From Acidimicrobiales bacterium (lineage in GTDB: Bacteria > Actinomycetota > Acidimicrobiia > Acidimicrobiales > Aldehydirespiratoraceae), in NCBI GenBank assembly GCA_049437325.1, contig JBMTIM010000007.1, positions 10,818 through 74,817 on the forward strand: a stretch of DNA of 64,000 nt. Reading direction: 5' to 3'. Position 1 is the first letter of the stretch, and every line of letters starts with the position of its first letter. A program made the position numbers and the translations under genes. Shown here piece after piece: positions 57,182 to 64,000 of the stretch. The notes beneath the pieces are model-generated. The model searched no databases, had not been told where the DNA came from, and saw only the letters and a program-made list of their open reading frames with translations.

Positions 57182-57415
57182 GGTGCGATTACTTCTCCTG
57201 GTTGGATGGAACTCAGATAATAGAAGTTCATAGGGCTTGTGGATTGTGGATGGTGGTGTTTTTTGTTTGGAATTCCAGGGAAGTGCTGTCCCCAGCGTCT
57301 CCCTGTTCGTGCACACCCTCGAGGTGGAGTCGGAGGTGGGAGGGGAAACTGGTGATGTTGTCCCCGGCATTTCCCGACGAGCTCCCCCTCGTGTCCCCAG
57401 GGTGTTGCACAGGGA
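57182..57415. other. dnaA-dnaN intergenic DnaA-box cluster (candidate oriC module)
   Basis: TGTGGATTG 57238-57246 and TGTGGATGG 57245-57253 are complements of xxATCCACA. Three TGTCCCC-type 9-mers lie at 57286-57294, 57358-57366 and 57391-57399. TGTTGCACA lies at 57403-57411. A/T-rich patches lie at 57214-57236 and 57254-57275. Confidence 0.6.
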
Positions 57416-58789
57416 TCACTCGTTGAGTCGTTGCTGCAGTTCGGTGACTTTGTCGAAAATTTGTTGACGTTCACCCATACGCGCCTCGATCTTTCGACAC
57501 GCATGCATGACCGTGGTGTGATCTCGGTTGCCGAATTCCTTGCCGATGTCGGGGAAGGACAAATCGGTCATGTTGCGGGTGACGTACATTGCGACTTGGC
57601 GAGCATCGCCCAGCGGCCGGCGCGGGCTGCCGCCGACTATCTGGTCGATGTCGAAGCCGAACATCTCTGCGGTGAGCGTGATGATGCGTTCTGCAGTGAC
57701 CGGTTGTTTGGTGGTGAGCGTGATGAGATCGCGGAGGACGAGCGCAGCCAAGTCGGTGGTGAGCGGCTGTTGCGTCAGGTTTGCGTAGGCGGTGACTTTG
57801 ATGAGGGCGCCTTCGAGTTCACGAATGGAGTCCGTGATGTTCTCAGCGATGAACGACAGCACCTCGTCGGGGATGTCGATCGTTTTCGAGTCGGCCTTCT
57901 TCGACAGGATGGCAAGGCGCGTCTCGAGGTCCGGCCGTTGGATGTCGGTGATCAGTCCCCATTTGAAACGGCTGCGAAGTCGATCCTCCAGGGTCGGCAT
58001 CGCATCGGGGGTCCGATCCGATGACAGGACGATCTGCTTGTCGTTCTGGTGAAGTTCGTTGAAGGTGTGGAAAAACTCCTCTTGAAGGCCGTCCTTGCCT
58101 TCCATGAACTGGATGTCGTCGATCAGGAGCACATCGACGTCGCGATACCGCCGTTTGAAGGCTGGCAGGGTGTTCGTTCGGATTGCTTCGACGAACTCGT
58201 TGAGGAACGTTTCGGTGGAGACATAGCGAACCCGGTAGTTGGGATAGTGATGCGCTACGTAATGCGCAATCCCTCGAAGCAGGTGCGTCTTGCCGAGCCC
58301 AGAGTCACCGTGGATGAAGAGGGGGTTGTAACTTGCGGCAGGAGTCTCGGCAACGGACAGCGCAGCAGCGTGAGCGAATCGGTTGCTGGGACCGATGACG
58401 AAATGCTCGAACGTGAACTTTTCTTCGTGTCCGCCAGGGGTCGGGGGACTCGCACTCGGAGCGGCAGTGGACCGGGTGTCCGGCGCGGTCAAACCCAGCG
58501 TTGCGTCGGGCGGGTCGATGTCGATTTGTGACCAGTCGGTGTCGATCTCGACGCGTACCGAGACATCGTCGGTTGTCTCGTCAATTGCGTCCTGCACCAG
58601 TCCCAGGTATCTGCCTTCGATGCGCTCCTTCTGGAGTCCGTTCGGAACGACGAGCACCAGTTCACGATCGTCGAAGGCAACGGCTTTCGCCCCACTGAAG
58701 GTGGTTCGCCAGACTGCATCGCTCACCTGGGCTCGGATACTGGCAGCACATGTCGTCCACAGGCCATCTGCGTCCCCGAGTTCGTCCAC
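57416..58789 (-). CDS. dnaA: Chromosomal replication initiator DnaA
   Basis: 457 aa with a GTG start. Walker A GDSGLGKTHLL, Walker B LLIDDIQF and the C-terminal DNA-binding region DHTTVMHACRKI. Confidence 0.97.
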   Translation of the reverse strand: MDELGDADGLWTTCAASIRAQVSDAVWRTTFSGAKAVAFDDRELVLVVPNGLQKERIEGRYLGLVQDAIDETTDDVSVRVEIDTDWSQIDIDPPDATLGLTAPDTRSTAAPSASPPTPGGHEEKFTFEHFVIGPSNRFAHAAALSVAETPAASYNPLFIHGDSGLGKTHLLRGIAHYVAHHYPNYRVRYVSTETFLNEFVEAIRTNTLPAFKRRYRDVDVLLIDDIQFMEGKDGLQEEFFHTFNELHQNDKQIVLSSDRTPDAMPTLEDRLRSRFKWGLITDIQRPDLETRLAILSKKADSKTIDIPDEVLSFIAENITDSIRELEGALIKVTAYANLTQQPLTTDLAALVLRDLITLTTKQPVTAERIITLTAEMFGFDIDQIVGGSPRRPLGDARQVAMYVTRNMTDLSFPDIGKEFGNRDHTTVMHACRKIEARMGERQQIFDKVTELQQRLNE

Positions 58790-59244
58790 CTTGTTCCACT
58801 CCCCTATTCACAGCGTCATCCACAGGTGTGGAGAACGACCTCGACTCGATTTGAGAGGAAGCAGGAGCAGCACATGGAAAAACATGTGCAGGAAGACCCG
58901 TGACCCCTCCGCTGGTCGGCGAACATAGCAAGAGGAAATCAGTCCGCAAATCACGTCCCAGAAACGACGCAAACCCCCTGTTCAGGGGACTTTTCTTGGT
59001 GGTAAATGACACTGGTGAAACATGAAATATCATGAATGTTGTTTGATGTGAGTCCCAGAATCGTGCTCGAACGGTGACACAAACAGCCGTGGAGCGGCGG
59101 CCACGCGTGTTGGTGGACTGGGTTCGCAACCGTAGCGTGATGCCCTGATGGGCTCGGTGTGCCCCCTCGATCTGTATCGGGGTATCCGACCCCTAAGAGT
59201 TTGTTGTCTCCGTGTGGTTTCGGCCCATGCGGTCTGGAGGAGTT
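58790..59244. other. rpmH-dnaA intergenic region: DnaA boxes, an A/T-rich tract and divergent promoters (candidate oriC module)
   Basis: Inverted box pair TCATCCACA 58816-58824 / TGTGGAGAA 58827-58835. TCGTCCACA lies just inside dnaA. The A/T-rich stretch at about 58990-59050 (GGTAAATGACACTGGTGAAACATGAAATATCATGAATGTTGTTTGATG) stands out in an otherwise GC-rich window. Confidence 0.6.
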
Positions 59245-59379
59245 ATGAAACGCCCGTATCAACCCAATGTTCGGAAACGAGCCAAGAAGCACGGGTTTCG
59301 GAGTCGCATGAGCACACGCGGTGGCCGAGCTGTCATCCGATCGCGTCGCCAGAAGGGCCGCGCTCGTCTGTCGGCATGA
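59245..59379 (+). CDS. rpmH: 50S ribosomal protein L34
   Basis: Hand translation gives [44 protein letters not shown], with a GGAGGA RBS. It is below the track length cutoff. Confidence 0.95.
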   Translation: MKRPYQPNVRKRAKKHGFRSRMSTRGGRAVIRSRRQKGRARLSA

Positions 59380-59735
59380 TCGAACGGCTTTCGGGCCGTC
59401 CGAGCTTCGCCGAACTGCACGCTCGGGGAACTCGGACGGGACGAGGGCCAATGCGACTGGTGAGCTGTGTCGATCTCTCGCAACGTGTCCGGATCGGGTA
59501 CGCGATTCCGCGCTCGGTGGGATCGGCCGTCGTGAGAAACCGACTCCGGCGCCGGCTGCGAGCGGTGCTGGCCGAACTCGACAACGAGGTTGGTCTTCCT
59601 GGAGGGAAACACCTCGTTCGAGTGAGCGCACCGCTGACCGACTGGTCGCATGCCAAACTTCGCACCACGATGGCTGATTTGATGCAACGTTCCGCCGGTA
59701 CGGCGATCGAGGATCTCGAGGGAGGTCCTTCGTGA
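59376..59735 (+). CDS. rnpA: Ribonuclease P protein component
   Basis: The ATG overlaps the rpmH stop (ATGA). 119 aa with the basic [11 protein letters not shown] motif, at the conserved position. Confidence 0.85.
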   Translation: MIERLSGRPSFAELHARGTRTGRGPMRLVSCVDLSQRVRIGYAIPRSVGSAVVRNRLRRRLRAVLAELDNEVGLPGGKHLVRVSAPLTDWSHAKLRTTMADLMQRSAGTAIEDLEGGPS

Positions 59736-59962
59736 GCCGCGCGGCCCGGCTGCTCAGGGCAGGAGCACAGTGCTATCAGCGCCTTGCAACCGGGCGTCCG
59801 TCGCCATGCCGATTCATCCCGTCGTGTTCGGTCTATGCCGTGGAAGCGCTCGAATGCCACGGGGCGGTCCGCGGAGGCTGGTACGCCGCACGCCGAATCT
59901 GCCGTTGTCATCCTTGGGGTAATTGTGGCTATGACCCCGTACCTCTGCCTGAGGAGCACTGA
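59732..59962 (+). CDS. yidD: Membrane protein insertion efficiency factor YidD
   Basis: 76 aa. It contains [19 protein letters not shown] and [10 protein letters not shown] motifs. Confidence 0.85.
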   Translation: MSRAARLLRAGAQCYQRLATGRPSPCRFIPSCSVYAVEALECHGAVRGGWYAARRICRCHPWGNCGYDPVPLPEEH

Positions 59963-61050
59963 TGTTCGATCTGTTTTTTGACCTGATCGCGTCGACACTT
60001 GCGTTCTTCTATGACGTCTATCCGTCGTACGGGTTCGCAGTCATGTGCCTGACCCTGGCGGTGATGGTTGTCGTGACACCGTTGACGTTGAAGAGCACTC
60101 GGTCGATGTTGCAGATGCAACGGTTGCAGCCAGAACTGAAGGCCATCCAAAACCGATACAAGGATGACCGTCAGAAGATGAACGAAGAGTTGATGGCGTT
60201 CTACCAAGAGAACAACATCAATCCGTTGGGTGGATGTCTCCCGTTGCTCGTCCAACTCCCCGTCTTTTTGGTTCTTTTCCGCGTGGTGCAAGGCATCACT
60301 CGACGCGTGACTGATTTCGGTCTCCAGGCGGGATGGACTGCAGGAAGCGGCACGAGCGCCGGCGAGCTCTCGCCGCTCGGTAATCCTGATCTTCCGTTCG
60401 ATCCGGAGAACCTTCCGGCCGACAGTGAGATGTATCGAAATCTGACGTCCGGAACGACCGAGATGGATTTCATTTCGATCGATCTGTCCCGGACGCCCCT
60501 CGAAGCAGCAGGTGAGAGCATCGTGGGGGCACTCCCCTACTTCGTGCTGATCGTGATCGTGCTGATCTCCAGCCTGTATCAACAGCGGCAAATCCGCGGC
60601 CGGAACTCGGGTGCGCAGATCAATCCGCAGCAAGAAATGATCATGAAGATTCTGCCGTGGATGCTTCCGGTCTTTTCCTTGACCATGCCCGCTGCGCTCG
60701 TCATCTATTTCGTGGTGAGCAATCTGTATCGGATTGGGCAGCAGGGCTACATCACACAATCGCTCTACAAGGGTGAAGACAGTCTGGGTGCGCAAGCTCG
60801 ACGCTCGCGCGAAGAAGCCTCGAACTCCGAATCCAGTCGGACGACGAAGGGATCCGGTGGGCGAACGACAGAGAAAAAGGGTCAGCCAACACCGAAACGA
60901 AACACTGCACAGGGAAAGAAGGGCGGGAAGCCGGCGGCTCGAGCCAAAGGAACCGGTGCAGGTCGAACAGGACGCGCACCAACCCGCCATGGCACCGGTG
61001 GAGGCCGGGTAACCAAGCCCGGGACCCAGAACGACAAACGCAAACGCTGA
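59962..61050 (+). CDS. yidC: Membrane protein insertase YidC (short Gram-positive type with a basic C-terminal tail)
   Basis: 362 aa. It contains LKSTRSMLQMQRLQPELKAIQNRYKDDRQKMNEELMAFYQENNINPLGGCLPLLVQLP and a Lys/Arg/Gly-rich tail. Confidence 0.9.
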   Translation: MFDLFFDLIASTLAFFYDVYPSYGFAVMCLTLAVMVVVTPLTLKSTRSMLQMQRLQPELKAIQNRYKDDRQKMNEELMAFYQENNINPLGGCLPLLVQLPVFLVLFRVVQGITRRVTDFGLQAGWTAGSGTSAGELSPLGNPDLPFDPENLPADSEMYRNLTSGTTEMDFISIDLSRTPLEAAGESIVGALPYFVLIVIVLISSLYQQRQIRGRNSGAQINPQQEMIMKILPWMLPVFSLTMPAALVIYFVVSNLYRIGQQGYITQSLYKGEDSLGAQARRSREEASNSESSRTTKGSGGRTTEKKGQPTPKRNTAQGKKGGKPAARAKGTGAGRTGRAPTRHGTGGGRVTKPGTQNDKRKR

Positions 61051-61088
61051 ACCCGCCTCATCAACGCGACGCTCAGCGAGAAAAGAGA

Positions 61089-62018
61089 ATGAATCCCATG
61101 GAATGGGTGGAGAAGACCGCCAAGTCGGTGGAAGAGGCAAAGGAAGCAGCGTTGGACGCCCTCGGCGTTCACGGGGACGAAGCAGAATTCGAGGTTGTCA
61201 CCGAGGCACGAACCGGCCTTTTCGGCCGCGTGAAGGAAGATGCTCGGGTTCGTGCCCGGGTCCGCCCCACGACCCCGAGAGCGAAGGACGATCGGCGCCG
61301 TAAACGGGGTCGTTCAGGAAACGAGCAAAGGCGCACCGGGAAGGCTGGACATCGTCAGCGAAACGGGGGAGAGTCTCAGGGAGACGCCAACACGGTTCGT
61401 ACTGATGCGCAAGAAGGGACCTCTCGTCCAACCGAGCCGAACAGGGACACCGACCGTAAGTCGAAGCAGTCGGATCACCGAAATGGCAAGCAGAAGACCG
61501 AAAAGAAGCAAGAAAAGAGCGTGAAGATGAGCGATGAACCATCGATGCCACTCCCCCAGCAGGCTGATCTCGCCGAGCAGTTTGTGAGCGGCCTGGCGGA
61601 GGTGATGGGTGCAACAGTGTCGTTTGCTCGTGAAGATGTGAGCGACGACGAAATCCGGATTACCGTACGTGGCCAGAATCTCGGCCGAATGATCGGTCCT
61701 CGAGGTGGAACGGCCATGGCAGTCGATGATCTCGTCCGGACTGTGTTGCAGCGTCATGGTACCAGCCGCGATGGTCGCGTCAGGATCGACATCGGTGGCC
61801 TGAAGGCTCGTCGAGCAGAGGCCCTGGCGGCGTTCTGTCGTGAGCAGGCTGCGGCAGTTCGTAGTGATGGAACACCCCGTGCTCTGGACCCGATGGGCGG
61901 CGCAGATCGAAAAATCGTGCATGACACGATTGCGGAAGAGCAGGGCGTGGAAACGACATCGGAGGGCGAAGAGCCGAATCGGCGAGTCATCATTGTTCCA
62001 GCCGGTGATGCTGAGTGA
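61089..62018 (+). CDS. jag: Jag/KhpB-type RNA-binding protein (Jag-N, KH and R3H domains) with a long basic low-complexity linker
   Basis: 309 aa. It has a KH GxxG motif (MIGPRGGTAMAV) and an R3H region (DRKIVHDTI), at the conserved position after yidC. Confidence 0.85.
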   Translation: MNPMEWVEKTAKSVEEAKEAALDALGVHGDEAEFEVVTEARTGLFGRVKEDARVRARVRPTTPRAKDDRRRKRGRSGNEQRRTGKAGHRQRNGGESQGDANTVRTDAQEGTSRPTEPNRDTDRKSKQSDHRNGKQKTEKKQEKSVKMSDEPSMPLPQQADLAEQFVSGLAEVMGATVSFAREDVSDDEIRITVRGQNLGRMIGPRGGTAMAVDDLVRTVLQRHGTSRDGRVRIDIGGLKARRAEALAAFCREQAAAVRSDGTPRALDPMGGADRKIVHDTIAEEQGVETTSEGEEPNRRVIIVPAGDAE

Positions 62019-62655
62019 TGCTCTAGCGGCGTCCCTCGAGGAGGCGTGGGTTCCCGCCCGTCGAGTGGGAGCGCTGGGTACGGCCAGCATCGAAGAATTG
62101 TGGGAACACACCGCCGGGTTCGCCTTGGCGGTGTGTTCCGCGTTTGGAGCAGACTGTTCCACGTGGAACGGTCGCGTTCTCGATGCGGGGACTGGTTCCG
62201 GTATTCCAGGTGTCCTCCTTGCATGTCAGCTTCCGATGGCTGAACTGGTGCTGGTCGACAGCTCGGACCGCCGTCTCGACCATGTTCGGGCTGCAGTTCG
62301 GGCCTTGGAACTCGCTGACCGGGTTCGCGTCGTTCATGGTCGGTTGGATGACCTCGCCCATGAGAGCGCCCACCGCTCATCGTATGAGGTGGTAGTGGCG
62401 CGTCTGTTGGCGGAGCCCGCCGAGACAGCAGAACTGGTGCTTCCCTGTGTTGCGCGCGGTGGCGTGGCGATCGTTTCATGCCGTCAGAATCAGACCGCCG
62501 AGTGGCGCCGGCTTACGGAGAACATCGCCGGCGTGGAGGCTGCCACAAGCACCTCTGGTTCTCGAGGAACCTATGTGACAGTCGCAGTAACGGATGAACT
62601 CCCCCGGTCATACCCCCGTCGCAGCGCAGTGCGTGTGCGGAAGCCGCTGACTTGA
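62008..62655 (+). CDS. rsmG: 16S rRNA (guanine527-N7)-methyltransferase RsmG
   Basis: Track ORF 61840..62655, trimmed to the ATG at 62008 (the GTG at 62005 is also possible). It has the SAM motif VLDAGTGSGIPGVLLA. Confidence 0.85.
   Translation: MLSDALAASLEEAWVPARRVGALGTASIEELWEHTAGFALAVCSAFGADCSTWNGRVLDAGTGSGIPGVLLACQLPMAELVLVDSSDRRLDHVRAAVRALELADRVRVVHGRLDDLAHESAHRSSYEVVVARLLAEPAETAELVLPCVARGGVAIVSCRQNQTAEWRRLTENIAGVEAATSTSGSRGTYVTVAVTDELPRSYPRRSAVRVRKPLT
62155..62170. promoter_or_regulatory. parS-like palindrome inside rsmG
   Basis: TGTTCCACGTGGAACG. The core GTTCCACGTGGAAC is a perfect palindrome. It differs at 2 positions from the TGTTNCACGTGAAACA consensus. Confidence 0.4.
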
Positions 62656-62666
62656 GCGACGCCGCA

Positions 62667-62682
62667 CGTTCCACGTGAAACA
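62667..62682. promoter_or_regulatory. parS centromere-like site upstream of parA
   Basis: CGTTCCACGTGAAACA matches TGTTNCACGTGAAACA at 15 of 16 positions. Confidence 0.75.
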
Positions 62683-62765
62683 TGGAGGGGGTCCTTGACC
62701 TCATCCAGGAAAGCGGCGAACATACGCTCCTCTACTGCAAAGGAGACGCCGTGGGCGATGCCACC

Positions 62766-63542
62766 ATGGACGAGCCGCGCATTTTTGCGGTCGCCAACCA
62801 GAAGGGAGGTGTCGGAAAGACGACGACAACCGTCAATCTTGGGGCCTGCTTTGCGGAGTTGGGAAATCGAGTTCTGATCGTCGATCTCGATCCACAAGCG
62901 AACGCCAGTACCGGACTCGGCTTGAATCCTCGTCAACTCGATCATTCCCTGTATGACGTTCTGCTGCAAGGTGTCCCGATGGAGGATGTGATCGAACCGG
63001 TAGCGGTCAAGAATCTCTACGTGGCCCCGGCGAGCCTCGACCTCGCAGGAGCAGAGATCGAACTTGTCCCCGCCTTCTCACGCGAGCAAAAGCTGAAGGA
63101 GGCTATCGCCTCGGTAGCTGATGACTACGACATCGTTTTGATTGACTGCCCGCCGTCGCTGGGTCTTCTCACCATCAATGGTTTGACGGCGGCGACTGAA
63201 GTGCTCGTACCGATTCAGACGGAGTACTACGCACTCGAGGGCCTCGGTCAGTTGATTCGCAATGTTGATCTCGTGACACGGAACCTGAATCCGGAACTGG
63301 TGCTCAGTACGATCGTGCTCGTCATGTTCGATGCGCGCACAAAACTGTCAGGCCAGGTGGCAGACGAGGTGCGCGAGCATTTTGGCGACAAGGTGATGCG
63401 TCATGTGATCCCTCGAACTGTTCGGTTGAGCGAGGCCCCAAGTTTCGGACAACCAATTACAGTATTCGACCCGTTGTCCCGAGGCGCCATCGCGTATCGG
63501 GACCTGGCAAAGGAGATTCTCGGTGTCAGCGACGAGGCGTAG
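62766..63542 (+). CDS. parA: Chromosome partitioning ATPase ParA/Soj
   Basis: Deviant Walker A NQKGGVGKTTTTVNL. The start may be the ATG at 62766 or upstream, because the ORF opens at 62682. Confidence 0.9.
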   Translation: MDEPRIFAVANQKGGVGKTTTTVNLGACFAELGNRVLIVDLDPQANASTGLGLNPRQLDHSLYDVLLQGVPMEDVIEPVAVKNLYVAPASLDLAGAEIELVPAFSREQKLKEAIASVADDYDIVLIDCPPSLGLLTINGLTAATEVLVPIQTEYYALEGLGQLIRNVDLVTRNLNPELVLSTIVLVMFDARTKLSGQVADEVREHFGDKVMRHVIPRTVRLSEAPSFGQPITVFDPLSRGAIAYRDLAKEILGVSDEA

Positions 63543-64000
63543 TGGGCTCGGGAAGGGACTGAGTTCACTCATCCCGGCCGATGTGGAAGGGGAGACCGGA
63601 GCGTTTCGCGAAGTTGACATCACTCTGGTTCGACCCAATCGATACCAACCTCGGGATCATTTCGACGAGGAAACACTGACATCACTTGCGGCGTCGATCA
63701 GTGAGGTTGGTGTCATTCAGCCAATCATCGTGCGAGAGGCTGATGATGGCTATGAACTGATTGCGGGGGAGCGGCGGTGGCGGGCGGCGAAGCGAGCGGG
63801 CTTGCCAGTGATTCCTGCCATTGTTCGCACTGCAGACGACGTGTCAGCGCTCGAATCGGCAGTGGTCGAGAATCTTCATCGACAAGATCTCAATGCCCTC
63901 GAGGAGGCTGCGGCTTACCAGCAATTGATGGAAGACTTCGGCATGACGCAGGCGCAGGTTGCCAGCCGGGTGGGGCGGAGCCGATCTGCAGTTGCGAACA
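63523..64000 (+). CDS. parB: Chromosome partitioning protein ParB/Spo0J (5' part; continues past the window end)
   Basis: The GTG at 63523 gives VSATRRSGLGKGLSSLIPA..., then VRPNRYQPRDHFDEE, LIAGERRWRAAKRAGL and the HTH QAQVASRVGRSRSAVAN. Confidence 0.9.
   Translation, partial: MSATRRSGLGKGLSSLIPADVEGETGAFREVDITLVRPNRYQPRDHFDEETLTSLAASISEVGVIQPIIVREADDGYELIAGERRWRAAKRAGLPVIPAIVRTADDVSALESAVVENLHRQDLNALEEAAAYQQLMEDFGMTQAQVASRVGRSRSAVAN

Noticed and set aside
57200-64000. The origin-proximal genes (yidC, jag, rsmG, parAB) look visibly more A/T-rich than the NRPS region, which could suggest a foreign island.
   Set aside because: The genes are universally conserved core genes in their canonical order. 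The composition difference more likely reflects housekeeping codon usage set against a GC-extreme secondary-metabolite locus. I did not compute GC values.

Overview
High-GC, Actinomycetota-type chromosomal window. All family calls come from motif recognition by eye, not from database searches. Coordinates were hand-counted and frame-checked against the ORF track. The right third (about 47.6-64 kb) is the replication-origin neighbourhood. On the minus strand it holds tRNA-Ile, a DUF3566 gene, gyrA, gyrB, a DUF721/DciA-like gene, recF, dnaN and dnaA. On the plus strand, diverging from dnaA, it holds rpmH, rnpA, yidD, yidC, jag, rsmG, parA and parB. DnaA-box clusters flank dnaA on both sides, and a parS site lies upstream of parA. 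The middle (about 20.6-40.6 kb) is an accessory biosynthetic locus. Its core is an 8-kb NRPS gene with the domain order C, A, T, C, A, T, TE. Next to it are a free-standing adenylation enzyme, a carrier protein, a PhyH-type dioxygenase and an acyl-CoA-dehydrogenase-family enzyme, plus further oxygenases and hydrolases. Two observations stand out. (1) The first NRPS adenylation domain is interrupted between core motifs A8 and A9 by about 350 aa. This insert carries a zinc-ribbon and a PP-loop (SGGKDS), like WbpG/PseA-type amidotransferases, and the hand-read specificity code of that A domain is Asn/Asp-like. (2) A glutathione peroxidase gene has an in-frame TGA exactly at the catalytic Cys position. 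A hairpin with an fdhF-like GCAGGUCUGC apex follows it, which makes this a probable selenoprotein that the ORF track splits. The left third (1-20 kb) is ordinary metabolism: glnS, katG, a GH13 glucosidase, oxygenases, hydrolases and a TetR regulator. I found no transposases, integrases, CRISPR arrays or rRNA genes.
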